From positions 160,001 to 224,000 of the forward strand of contig CBDCEW010000105.1 of NCBI GenBank assembly GCA_965215885.1: 64,000 nucleotides of DNA. The letters run 5' to 3'. The notes under the pieces were generated by a model, which was given only the letters and a program-made list of their open reading frames with translations, was not told the DNA's origin and searched no databases. Below, piece after piece: positions 54,701 through 62,410 of the stretch. The first letter of the stretch is position 1. Each line of letters opens with the position of its first letter. Both the position numbers and the translations under genes were made by a program. Origin of the DNA: Candidatus Moanibacter sp. GTDB lineage: Bacteria; Verrucomicrobiota; Verrucomicrobiia; Opitutales; UBA2987.

Positions 54701-54821
54701 CCGTTATGCCACTTCTACCCTCAATCAGTAATTTCCAGAATGACTCCGGATCATATACTCCTCCCGGAAACCGACAGCCTATTCCAACTATTGCGAGAGT
54801 TTCCCTCCTCTTTCCACTCAT
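42735..54821 (-). CDS. Hybrid PKS-NRPS: KS-AT-DH-cMT-ER-KR-ACP-C-A-PCP plus terminal Rossmann (acyl-ACP reductase-like) domain
   Basis: DTACSS/HGTGT/NIGHLE, GHSVG+YAFH, HPAVLD, LEVGAGTG, IHAGSGGVG, ITGGASGFG+LDD+YCAGN, GLDSL, HHIVSD, YTSGSTGRPKG, GGDSL, VGLGSIG. Confidence 0.93.
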   Translation of the reverse strand: MSGKRRETLAIVGIGCRFPGGVYDPESFWKLLIEGRSGITEVPEGRWNVDRYYDPNPQIPGKMITRWGGFVDEIDKFDARFFGISPREALRMDPQQRWLLEVTWEALEDGGLAPDRMSGTNTGVFVGIASNDYANIQMKGPAEVDVHTNSGSTLSIASNRISYLYNFKGPSLSVDTACSSALVAINLACQSIWDGQCESALAGGVNALLTPDSSIGFSKASMLSPDGQCYAFDARANGYVRGEGAGILVIRPLRKAQEEGLPIYALIRAAVVNQDGRTNAMTVPGVKSQSDMLEEAYRQAGITPKRVSYMEAHGTGTPVGDPIELQALGNILCRGRGKGEECVIGSVKTNIGHLESGSGVAGLIKAALVLKHRTIPPNLNFETPNPNIQFDELRLRVPTEAEPLPCDGESAVVAVNSFGFGGTNAHIVLEEAPPQKKKIEPKRKKRSWEGPVLLPVSANTEESLKVYVGAFRDMLENGSQNGRVSLPDLASTAALRKSHHEHRLAVVGVTSKELADKLQAWEREENRVPGLVSDRAAAKEPKSVFVFSGQGPQWWGMGQELLRTEPVFRKAIKQIDKLIYALGGWSLLEEMSRGKVDSNINRTYVAQPAIFAVQVGLAELWRSRGVEPVRVVGHSVGEVAAAYWAGIYSLEDAVKVIFHRSRLQEKTGGAGRMAAVGLTQEKAKEAIRGFENQVAIAAINGPAMVTLAGDTEVIETVIEPLEEQKVFVRWLQIDYAFHTHQMNPIKDELLESLADIEPKPGDVPFISTVAGDKLGGEKLDASYWWKNVREPVRFSDAVYNIIEGGDELFLELGPSPIHSASINECLTQAGKTGTTLGSLRRRQPEQSYMLETLGRLYAMGYPIKWEALQDADSRFVRLPSYPWKHEGFWLESEESKAQRLSPIVHPLLGVRVSSPSPSWEFELDPRAFSYLDDHRFWDSMIFPASGFAEIGFAVARELFPDEHYVVEDIKTTKALFYSDRNVPTLRVLFDEADGSFRIYSSTLSRTDWDLNAHGRLQILTPQERDSVDLAAIRDNLEEKLDHDQYYSDYKDAGYQFGPNFQLLQNIWVKPGETIGEIVASEEVLEGLEEYLFHPAVLDACFQCVKGAQVAPEGRLAKDNFYLPATIKRVRMYGPIEPRLWGHADLYLDDGEVMEANVEVFNDRGERVADILGFRVERVEQSDTKSESDIFRCFYQLEWKERHLRGSGASGSAKFAGTEEILRGLSPSVGEVYKRYDLERYFNEFMPSVEDICVLFIINAFCELGWRPTPGERFRFSDFVGELGIVDQHERLTRSFLVALDKEDVLKTVADEEWEVLKAPKPAEALPLIDELEEKYPNFASDLHLERVCGARLGEILSGKVDPMEVIFPGGSVERFSDFYKEGADFLAYNELIQMAVLRAIEDLPQRRTLRVLEVGAGTGSLTRSVLPILPKDRSEYSFTDIGPLFLNDARKEFSEYDFVEYRLLDVEKDPVEQGIKLHSFDLILATDVLHATSELRKTLGVVQDLLASNGLLIFLEVTSPRLGLDMVFGQLKGWWQYSDTDLRPHSALLPREKWEKLLNESGFENVASFVDGPREEETSQTVFLAKGPELDRKAVEPKKEGEINELYLVIADHKGTGRAVAERLREEKRSCLVAEVGDEFAQLDEWNFEFQPGSHEDIAKLIEAVGELSLTFRGIIHCLSVDHCNSADTDPVSLDEAQKTGVLNTLLLAKALGSAALDPAPRVWMVTRGAQYLNGDETLQSIASTPLSGFLRVANNEYKEFCWTVIDLDPEVEVEEVGGLFEEIILNDEEFELALRSGKRFVHRVLSVPHEDLPLRLHNAVNGDTVTPYRLEIPTPGILDNLSLNETTRRSPEEGEVEIRVAAGGINFRDVMKALGIYPGNSKDLRWLGDDFSGTILRLGKGVEDLKVGDEVAGMAPYCFRTHVTIDRNMIFRKPGHMSFEEAATLPTVYLTAYYALNHLGHLQKGETILIHAGSGGVGQAAIRIAKGIGAEIFTTAGTPEKREFLRDMGVSHVMDSRSLDFADEVMKITEGGGVDVVLNSLAGDWIRKSISVLAPYGRFLEIGKVDIYQNTMIGLEPFKNNISYFAIDLAQHVEERPHYIASLLMELSAEFAENRLPPLPLKSFPVTEAGKAFRYMAQAKHIGKNVLSFQLDTIPVGPPSDSKRLFKKDASYLITGGASGFGLEVAKWMARMGAGTLVLGSRSGAKTEGEKRDIEEMIAGGVAVIDARGDFTKEEDVSRIVEKIKSSLPPLKGVIHGAMVLDDDFIKDLDRERFNRVLRPKMLGAWNLHLETKDMPLDHFVCLSSISSMIGATRQSNYCAGNLFLDALAHYRRSLGLPALTLNWGAILGAGFVERDEMTAQYLDKVGMKTFQVEEALEIFAEILGRDPVQLGAARIDWNLLFKINPTTAKSPTFSLVAQKEAADSASAKAGSIRPMIIGAPPEERLKLLEDFICEEVAQVFGTSSTKVERETPLTQIGLDSLMAIELMNRLESSLGINLQMGQFLQGPNISQLAVSVLEMLLQSGEGDLGEIAEDGAVGSALMISDPAIKEFPLSRGQRALWFLNRLAPESSAYNLVFSSSISPYVDIPVMKKAFAALFRRHPMLDVTIKAENGQLIQVTHDGRSIDFREHDATELSRDEIKELLIEHTNRPFDLERGPVVRLELFRTADNAHVALLCMHHIVSDAWSIVLIMNDLIESYFSIKAGFEPDFAPLKCRYADYVKWQQDLLDGPESEGMLKYWVNQMSDAQFVLDLPTDHPRPPIQSFNGATHGFKLNENLTERVEGLASERNVTLYTLLLSAFQVLLHRYCNQDDLLIGSPFYGRRRKEFHDLVGYFINPVALRSKVDDDPVFTDYLDRVSDTRIGAFENQEYPLSMLVDHLQVRRDSSRSPIFQVTFSMERIPGVDDQGIAVFLIGQGGHNFKVRDISVESIDLNLRQAQFEISLVVEEADGNIYGCWQYNRDLFEPETIGRLNMLYEQVLEDLVVHPGKRISEISFLSQEEERKILEEWNATASDCPEETCVHQLVSEHAARTPEAVAVTCAGKSLTYLELNRRANAVAEKLRTAGIGLDMPVGILVDRSLDMLIGILGILKSGGCFVPLDPAFPSFRLEQMLDDAKPGVVLTQNQLLRNLPKGNWTTVLIESCGESAVAPVVSGQTSESLAYIIYTSGSTGRPKGVEIPHRAVVNFLTSMRELPGLSADDTLLAVTTLSFDISILELLLPLISEARVVIATRQEASDGRRLSVLLDEYAVTTMQATPATWQMLLDSGWEGKHDLRVFCGGETLSRELAEALLPSTRAVWNLYGPTETTIWSTVDRVTTGGGTVSIGRPIANTTVYILDDNHKALPPGFVGNFYIGGDGLARGYHNQPEMTAEKFLQITLPNGRSERLYETGDMARFRPDGKIDFLGRNDSQIKLRGYRIELEDIEEHLKSHPYVKQAIVIKRSDLPSEGLAAYIIPEDEYDGIVGVLRSYMMERMPEYMRPGTYVLLDEYPMTPNRKVDRLKLPAPTLQRSDIQAEYLSPRTPSEKILVDILNIVFKSDRIGIRDNFFDLGGDSLLAVQILTEVSQAFNRRLPVDVFLQNPTVENLARYLDTVPCLQESQADGMLESGQAANGFVNEELDSSYLTVEIIDNVSGNQEDLPRADAVALAYIPDAFLALTGLSKEDIVHNWLRGQPFLSNLYETSFGRIGLIMLPRLGAELYKDQDALVEHVVGAMEVAAKMGAAQVSLTGLIPSATDYGRKIVEWIDKRDDMPEITTGHATTTATIIKSIEGLLSQTERDFSKESVAIVGLGSIGYASLRLMLEVLPHPRELILCDLYQKAEALDEIRRKLAEEVNFRGDVRLETSRGKLPDAVYEATFILGATNVPGILDVNRLQPGSLIVDDSFPPCFRVFDAIKRLETQHDILFTTGGLLRLNEEISETIFLPNGTASLLEELGGDHLLTLAGRDSREITGCILSSLLTGKSSGIRPTLGPVKVRDSLAHYRLLQSLEFEAARPQCENYFISPETVARFKEAESSDAAHASTV

Positions 54822-54994
54822 CGGACACTCCTCCCGTTAAACTGGGCACTGGCCTCACTCGTTCGAAAAGCGCAAAGAGAAGATCTTTTCATTCTCAAAC
54901 TTACCAGTTCTCCCACTAAAGAATTCACTTAATGGATAAGGTAGCCTTCATTGTCTAGACAAAAGATGGCGATGGAAAACAGGCTTAAAGAAGA

Positions 54995-55023
54995 ATTATA
55001 GGTTTTCTCAAGTCCTTCTCCAA
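54995..55023 (-). promoter_or_regulatory. Candidate sigma70 promoter for the PKS-NRPS operon
   Basis: TTGGAG-17-TATAAT on the minus strand; GGAGGAG RBS before the ATG at 54821. Confidence 0.4.
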
Positions 55024-55436
55024 TGGGTAGTAATCGGTCAGCACGCAAGGGTACCAAAAAGGAACCTCCCGGAGGGTGACAGCCAAAATTATCTTCCAAA
55101 AGCTTTGAGAATTTCTTCGAGGGAATCTCACATCGCACTCCCGGCTTCGCCCACCGACAACATCCCGGGCATGCCCCTCGTCTATTCAATATTAAGCCGA
55201 AGAATAAATTTGCTAACCCCTTTGTCAATCAATTCATTCCGGTCTCTCACGAACGCCGCGGAAGTACCACGAGACCCACTCTGTCGCCGATCTTTAGTAC
55301 TCGAATTCGCAATTGACCGCCCGCCAATAATGCCAATACGAAGTAAATCACGTAATTCCGCTTCTAGTCTTCCAACCGGTCCTTTGCCCTACTGCCTGCC
55401 AATGGGAGACTGCCGTCAGCAAGGTCATTTGCTAAT

Positions 55437-58400
55437 ATGAAATTAACAGAAATCGCCATCAAGGAAAACAGGCTTACTTACGCTCTGATTCTGTTTGTCG
55501 TAATCGGCGGCCTTATCGCATTCTTCAACCTTCCCCGTTTCGAAGATCCAAAGATTCCCTTTCGCTACGCCTTCATTACTACACTGTATCCGGGTGCTTC
55601 GGTGGAAAGGATGGAGACCCTCGTCACGGAGAGAATCGAAGAGATCCTGAGCGAAATCCCCGAGATCGAATTCATAAACGGCGAATCACGAAAAAACGCT
55701 TCCGGTATTGTCGTGAAGATTCAGGACCGTTACACGCAAGTAAAACCTGTCTGGGATCGCATTCGCCGAAAACTCGATCGTCTCAAGAACACGCTGCCCG
55801 AAGGAGTGCAGGGCCCATTCTTCAATGATGAATATGGAGAGGTATTCGGCACGATGATTGCCGTCACCGGAAAAGATCTGACCTTCCCTGAGATCAGGCG
55901 AGTTACCCTGGCGCTTCGTAAGAAGCTTCTTCGGCTTGAGGAAGTCTCCAAAGTCATCACCCTGGGAGATCAAGAAGAGCAAATCGTCGTCCAGTACGAC
56001 GATGCCGAGATGGCCGAAATCGGCCTCTCTCCTCTCCACCTCAAATCGTTTCTCGAGGCACAAAACGTTATTGCTCCGGGCGGAAGCATCCGACAGGGAG
56101 ACACGCGCGTCGCCGTGGAATCTCGAAACGACCTGAATTCGGTCGAGGCCGTTGAGGATCTCCAGGTTTCCCTTCCCGAAGAAGAGGATATCTTCGCTCT
56201 CGGGGAGCTGCTGGATATTAGTCGCGAGATACGCCACCCCCCACTGAGTATTCTGAGATCATCCGGGGAGCGCGGTATCGGACTCGCCGTTTCTTTGCGC
56301 CAGGGCGGAAATATCGAGAAACTGGGTCGCGACGTCCGCAGGGTTGTTGACCACTACATGGCTGAAGTGTCCAGCGACGTTGAGTTTCAATTTGTCGCCT
56401 TTGAACCGGAGCGTGTCACCTACCGAGTCAACCAGTTTTTTATAGATCTCCTGCAGAGCCTCGTCATTGTAATGGTTATATTGATGTTGGCGCTCGGCCT
56501 GAGAACCGGGTCAATCGTTGCCAGCATGATGCCACTCGTCATCCTCGCCACTCTCGCTGTCATGCTTGGCCTCAAACTCAATATCAATCTCGTCGCTCTG
56601 GCTGCTTTCATCGTTGTTCTCGGTATCATGGTCGACAACCATATTGTGATATCTGAACGCATTCTGACCTTGCGTGAGAAAGGTGAATCTTCCCACCGTG
56701 CCGCCATCGCGGCAACAAGCCAGCTCTACGCACCTCTCCTCACCGCCACCGCCACTACGATTTCGGGGTTCTTGCCAATTTACCTCGCCCAGTCTTCCAG
56801 CGGTGAATACGTCACTCCACTTTTCGAGGTAGTCACTATCGCCCTTATCTGCTCCACCTTCTTCGCTTTCACGGTTACTCCTCTTCTCTCCCTCCGCCTC
56901 TTCAAGATCGCTCCCCAGTCCGCAGCTTCAACCTTCTGGAAGCTGCTCTATCGTTTCTATCGCAATATTCTCCTCGCCCTCATGCCGCGGCCGCTCCTCG
57001 CGCTCTCCGTTCTCTTTCTCCTGTTCCTGCTTTCCCTCTATACCTTCCGTTTTGTCCCCACCATCTTCTTCCCTCCCTCGGACCGGCCTGTTTTTACACT
57101 CGAACTGGAATTTCCCTCCGGCACTGTCATCGAGAAAACGGAAGAAGCTGCCTCCAAGATCGAATCCTATGTCATGGAGAACCTCGTTTCGGATTCTCCA
57201 TCAGAGTCCCGTATTCTAAACTGGGTCGCATTTGTTGGACGAAACGCGCCTCGCTTTGTCCTGAACCACCGCACCCGCGAATACAGTCCGGAGTATACCT
57301 ATTTTCTCTTTAATATCACCTCCCCAAAATTGATTCCCTTCTTCCGCGGGAAGCTGGAAGAATTCTGCCACGCCACTTTCCCTCAGGCAACGGTTCGTAT
57401 CCAACCCATCGAAGCCGGTCCAGCCGTTGGTTTTCCCATTATAGTCCATGCCGCCGGCGATGATATCGATGGGATTTTTCGAATAGCCGATGAAGTTGCC
57501 AACTACATGAGCGGGATTCCCGGACTCTACAACATCAGCAACAATTGGGGACGGTCCGTTAAAAAGCTTCACGTCGTAATCGATGAAGATAAAGCCGCCC
57601 TCGCCGCGGTTACTCGTGGCGAAATCGCTCTAACTCTCCAGACTTTCCTTACCGGTATCCCTGCAACCGATTTACGAATCGGAAGTAACGTAATTCCCGT
57701 CTTCGTAAAAAGCACCGTCAATGGGATGAATGATGTAGAAGAGATTAAATCGCTTCACGTCTTCTCGCGCCTCAAGGAGACGACTGTTCCCCTCGGTGAG
57801 ATCGCTGAAGTTGTGAAAGTCTTCGAGTCGGCCAACATTATTAGGAGGGACTTTCAGCGTACTGTCACGGTAGGGGCCGATGTCAGGGAAGGAACTAACT
57901 ATAAAAAGGTCGACGACCAGATCGAAGCCTTCCTCTCCCGCAATCGTTCCCGCTGGGGAAACGATTACCACGTGCGATTAGGGGGACAGGGATCGGAATC
58001 CGCCAAAGCCAATAAATCGATCCTTGTTAACCTCCCTTGGGCAATTTTCATCATATTGCTCCTCCTTATCAGGCAGACACGCTCCATTCGTAGAACCTTC
58101 ATTATCATGTGCGCCGTACCCATGGGCGTCATCGGGGTGGTTTTTGGCCTCCTCGCCACCAGGCAACCATTTGGATTTACCACCCTCATCGGTATAGTAT
58201 CGCTCACCGGTATTGTCGTTAACAACGCCATCATCCTCATTGATCGCATTCGCCTCAATGAAAATGCCGCCCAGTTTACTCGTCAGGAATGCATAATCGA
58301 AGCGGCTCTCAATCGCCTTCGTCCCATCCTTCTTACCACCCTTACCACTGTTGGAGGAGTTTTTCCCCTCTACCTGAGAGCGAATCCAACCTGGCAGGGC

Positions 58401-58454
58401 ATGGCCGTGGCCATTATTTTCGGTCTCTCTTTCGCCACTCTTCTCGTCCTCTGA
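55437..58454 (+). CDS. AcrB/AcrD/AcrF-family RND efflux permease, last TM helix interrupted
   Basis: LPRFEDP, YPGAS, GIMVDN, GIVVNNAIILID and RLRPILLT; in-frame continuation FMVPLLYALLF to 58547 after the TGA. Confidence 0.88.
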   Translation: MKLTEIAIKENRLTYALILFVVIGGLIAFFNLPRFEDPKIPFRYAFITTLYPGASVERMETLVTERIEEILSEIPEIEFINGESRKNASGIVVKIQDRYTQVKPVWDRIRRKLDRLKNTLPEGVQGPFFNDEYGEVFGTMIAVTGKDLTFPEIRRVTLALRKKLLRLEEVSKVITLGDQEEQIVVQYDDAEMAEIGLSPLHLKSFLEAQNVIAPGGSIRQGDTRVAVESRNDLNSVEAVEDLQVSLPEEEDIFALGELLDISREIRHPPLSILRSSGERGIGLAVSLRQGGNIEKLGRDVRRVVDHYMAEVSSDVEFQFVAFEPERVTYRVNQFFIDLLQSLVIVMVILMLALGLRTGSIVASMMPLVILATLAVMLGLKLNINLVALAAFIVVLGIMVDNHIVISERILTLREKGESSHRAAIAATSQLYAPLLTATATTISGFLPIYLAQSSSGEYVTPLFEVVTIALICSTFFAFTVTPLLSLRLFKIAPQSAASTFWKLLYRFYRNILLALMPRPLLALSVLFLLFLLSLYTFRFVPTIFFPPSDRPVFTLELEFPSGTVIEKTEEAASKIESYVMENLVSDSPSESRILNWVAFVGRNAPRFVLNHRTREYSPEYTYFLFNITSPKLIPFFRGKLEEFCHATFPQATVRIQPIEAGPAVGFPIIVHAAGDDIDGIFRIADEVANYMSGIPGLYNISNNWGRSVKKLHVVIDEDKAALAAVTRGEIALTLQTFLTGIPATDLRIGSNVIPVFVKSTVNGMNDVEEIKSLHVFSRLKETTVPLGEIAEVVKVFESANIIRRDFQRTVTVGADVREGTNYKKVDDQIEAFLSRNRSRWGNDYHVRLGGQGSESAKANKSILVNLPWAIFIILLLLIRQTRSIRRTFIIMCAVPMGVIGVVFGLLATRQPFGFTTLIGIVSLTGIVVNNAIILIDRIRLNENAAQFTRQECIIEAALNRLRPILLTTLTTVGGVFPLYLRANPTWQGMAVAIIFGLSFATLLVL

Positions 58455-58582
58455 ATCCCGCTCCTCCACAGCCGGAGGGGCTGGTTTATGGTGCCCCTCT
58501 TATACGCCCTCCTCTTTCGCGTGCCCTTCAAGGCTTACAAGCCATAACCGTCTGCTCTCCAGCGCAGCGGCACTCACTTCGC

Positions 58583-58774
58583 CGAGTCAATCAAAAGCAT
58601 TGGGTATGATAATCGATTAATCCGATCGCACCCCCGCTCTTCGCAGAAGAGCCTGAGGAATCTGTCGCGCAAAAAAACCTACCGCATCTCTTACGCGATA
58701 ACCTCTCTACAGAACATTCCGAAACATCAGAAATGTAAATTCGGTGTAGCCGCGGCCGCCAAGGACGCGGTGGA
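58583..58774. repeat. Degenerate direct repeat, copy 1
   Basis: CGAGTCAATCAAAAGCA...ATCAGAAATGTAAATTCGGTGTAGCCGCGGCCGCCAAGGACGCGGTGGA recurs at 59345-59487. Confidence 0.85.
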
Positions 58775-58877
58775 CCGGGCCGTTCCGAGGATGAAAGTAG
58801 TACCGAAAATACATCCTGAACACGGAGGACCCAGTGCTCGGTCAAAACGCTACTGAATCGGTGCTATTAGCTCAAGA

Positions 58878-59330
58878 GCTTTGTTTACGCAAAGGCGAGT
58901 ATGGAAATGGTGAAATCGGTGGAGGCGATTGTGGTGCAGATTGAGCCGCGCAAGAATAGTCGGGTGGGCTGTTCGGGGTGTGGCCGGACGGCCAGCGGCT
59001 ACGACCGCTGAGCGAGGCGAGGCATTTTGATTTGTGCCCTTGTGGGGGATGAAGGTGTATTTTCGTTACCGCATGCGGCGGGTCAATTGCCGGCGGTGCG
59101 GGGTGAAGGTCGAAGAGGTGCCCTGGGCCGCAAGAGTCATCTGAGTTGGCCAATCAATGGTTTCTTGGGCGAGGCGCTTGCCCAAGGGTTTTTCGCACGA
59201 ACTGGCGCAACGTCTTCGAGTCGGTCGAGGCGATGGTGCGTTGGGGGCTCAACGGCGCGATATGAGCGGGATTGAGGCGATCGGAGTCGATGAGGTGCAG
59301 TATCATCGAGGCCATCACTATCTCACCTCT
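58878..59330 (+). pseudogene. Heavily frameshifted ISL3-family transposase remnant
   Basis: Fragments across frames: FVY, IEPRKNSR, FVPLWG, RRVNCRRCGVKVEEVPWA and SGIEAIGVDEVQYHRGHHYLT. Confidence 0.78.
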
Positions 59331-59344
59331 ACCAGCTTGACGAT

Positions 59345-59487
59345 CGAGTCAATCAAAAGCAGACCCCCGCTCTTCGCGCCTGAGGAACTGTCGCGCAAAA
59401 AAATCGCATCTCGCGATAACCTCTCTTACAGAACATTCATCAGAAATGTAAATTCGGTGTAGCCGCGGCCGCCAAGGACGCGGTGGA
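59345..59487. repeat. Degenerate direct repeat, copy 2
   Basis: Matches 58583-58774 with several short deletions. Confidence 0.85.
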
Positions 59488-59753
59488 TTGGAACAGTGTT
59501 GCGGGCCCCTCGGTCCGCGTCCTTAGCGGCCGCGGCTCTGGCTCTCCTTGGGGCATCTCAGCGGGATCGCGTCTTGCCCCAGCAAATTGATCTCTATCCA
59601 GACGACATCGCGCTCATATTGGTTTTCGTGTCAACTTATGCAAGGACGACACAGTCCGACAGATCCGTAGCCCGCTTTTCTCGCGCGTTCAGGATAAGCG
59701 TATAAGGCTATGGCAAGCCGTTTTGTAAACGTCGACCGACTCGTCGTCGCTGC

Positions 59754-59876
59754 GCTCTGCCGCTCGGCAGAGCGATTAGGAATATGTCGGTGGTCAATTC
59801 ACTCGCATTGCACCATCGCACCGAGATAGTGGATTATTTCCGCGAATACCAAAAGCTGTGTCCGACAGATTCCTAG
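59754..59876. repeat. MITE-like repeat family B, copy 2 (inverted)
   Basis: TAGGAATATGTCGG...CCGACAGATTCCTAG; terminal CTAG contains the kinase stop codon. Confidence 0.8.
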
Positions 59877-62355
59877 CTGCTCTGCAGGAGCGCATGCCGC
59901 AACTGCTCCGGATTTACCGGTTTCGATAGGAAGTCGTCCATTCCCGCTTCGAAGCATTCCTTTCGATTTTCCAGATCCGCCACTCCGGTCATCGCTATTA
60001 TGCGCGGCTGGACTTCGTCCGGCATATCCTTTCGTATCTCACGAGTTGCCTGTATCCCGCTAAATCCAGGCAACTGCACATCCATCAGTATGATGTCGTA
60101 GGTTTTATCTCCTACTGCCCGCATGATCTCTTTCCCGCCCGCCACGATGTCCACCTCGTAACCAAATCGCTTCAACATTTCCCGCGTCACTTCCTGATTC
60201 TCAATATTATCCTCCGCCAGGAGGATGTGGAAGGGATGTTCATTAGCCAGATTCCCAAATACCGACTCCTCCCCTCCCTCTGCAATTCCGCTTCCCGTCG
60301 AAGTCTTTGTTCGAATCATTAAGTGAAACGTCGAACCGTTATCTTCCTCGCTCTGGGCCCACATGCTCCCGCCCATCGCCTCGGCCGTGCGTTTACTAAT
60401 TGCCAACCCTAAACCGCTCCCGCGGCGCCTCTCTTCAGCGGACATCGATACTTGCGAAAACGGCTCAAAATTTTCCCATAACTGATTCTGGGGGATACCA
60501 CTTCCCGTATCCTTCAAACTGAATAGAATGAGGATACTGACATTATCCTCTGAGCTACTCCCTAACGCCTCCTCCATGGGACGATGCTCTAGCGGTATCT
60601 TGGAGAGATCCGGTCGATTCACTTCCAGAAGAATCTCCCCCTCCTCCGTGAACTTGATAGCGTTGTCGATCAGATTCACCAGTATCTGCTTGAGCCGATT
60701 GCGATCTCCCATTACGTAGCGGCTCACTCGATGGCCGATTTTGTATCTCAACCCAATGCCGTTAGCCTTCGCGCGCGCACGCTCCAGCTCGAAAATCTCA
60801 TCCACACATTTCTTCAGATCAAATTCCACCATCTCTAACTGGAGTTTCCCCGCTTCAACTTTCGAAAAATCGAGGATGTCATTTACGATCGACAGGAGCA
60901 ACTCGTTATTGCGCCGAATTGTAGTAAGGAATTCTCTCTGTTCGCCCTCCAGAGCCGTGTCCTGGAGTATCCTCGTCATCCCCACGATCGCATTCATCGG
61001 CGTGCGAATCTCATGGCTCATATTTGCAAGGAATCGGCTCTTTTCGACGTTTGCCTTCTCCGCCACTTCCTTCGCTTCCTTCAATGCTATTTCATCCCGC
61101 TTCCGATCCGATACATCCTGAATCGTGCCCATAAATCGCAATGGACTTCCGGAGGCACTCCGCTCCGTTACACGACCTCGTGCGCCTACCCAAATAAAAG
61201 ATCCATCCTCTCTCATGGCACGAAACTCCGCTTCAAAGTCACTCATTTCCTGCTTGACGTGCTTCTCCAACAACCTCCGCACCTTTTCCCGATCGTCGGG
61301 ATGAATCAGGTTCTCCCAAAAGTCGTAGTTCTCTTCTGTTCTCCCTGTCTGCGCGCCCATTATCTTTCCCCAATTGCGGTCGAGAAAGATCTCCCCCTTA
61401 GTCATGTTCCAATCCCAGAGACCGAGGCGCGCCCCATCGAGGGAGGAACGCAGGCGTGCCTGTGCCCGCTCCCGTTCCGCATTTGCCGCCCCCAGAATCA
61501 GCGCCGTTATCGAAACGATTCCCATGAAGGACCAGAGCAAGACAAGCTGCTGATGCAGACTTCCCATCACAAAAGGTCCCACTTCATAGATGGTCCCGAC
61601 TGCTGCGATGCCCGCAACCGTCAGATTAGCCAGGGCCGCGCCCGCCGGACCGAATCGGAACGCCGCCCAGACAATAAAGGGAAACGGTATATAGGCCAGG
61701 GGATAACTGTATATTCCGGAAGCCGCCACATTGATAAAAACAACCATTACGCTTACCACCAGGGTAAGGAAGAGGCAGATCCATTCGATAAACCGCGCTG
61801 TGCTCCAACCGGCGAAATAGCCTCTTCGAAGCGAAAGGAAAATGGCAGAAAAATGAGAATTCCCATGGCATTGCCCAGCCACCATACCCAGAAGGCGTTC
61901 AGGAACAAACTCCAGGAAGGACGCAGGTGCGAAATCACTCCCACCGCGCCGCCCAATGCGCTGATCAATGAAGCGGTCATTGTCGCCAGTACCACCAGTG
62001 CAATTACATCCCGGATTCGTTCAAGACGGGTATCAAATCCCGCTTTTTTCAGCAGCCAGTATCCCGCCAGCGCCTGTAATATGTTGCAGATCGTTATCGT
62101 AAGGGAATAGACAAAATTGTTCGCCACGAGCAGAGTCGTTACAAAGGCGCCCAATCCCACAAACGGCCACAGCGAAGGTCCATATATCAGGAGCGCCGCC
62201 AGCGATAAGTCCGTCGGAGGCCATAACAAGCTCACTATCCCCTCGATGGAAGCGAGTTTGAGACCGACATGGCCAAGAAACACATAGAGTCCAAAGAAGA
62301 CACTTCCCGTCAGAAAATATCGACCCGTCAGATACTTCGCGACTCTCACTCTCAT
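59873..62355 (-). CDS. Hybrid histidine kinase MASE1-PAS-HisKA-HATPase-REC, split by a frameshift near 61840
   Basis: LWPPT and WWLGNAMG (MASE1), IHPDD (PAS), MSHEIRTPM, NAIKFT, GSGLGL, AEDN and MDVQLP. Confidence 0.85.
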
Positions 62356-62410
62356 ATTTCTTCCGAAACCTGCTCGGCGGGAGCAGGAGGACTCTCACTC
62401 CTGATTGCGC

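Noticed and set aside
54929..55440. Short ORFs in the PKS/RND intergenic region
   Set aside because: Weak starts, no motifs, mutually overlapping; better explained as a divergent promoter region
61013..62110. 365-aa plus-strand ORF
   Set aside because: Antisense shadow of the hybrid kinase
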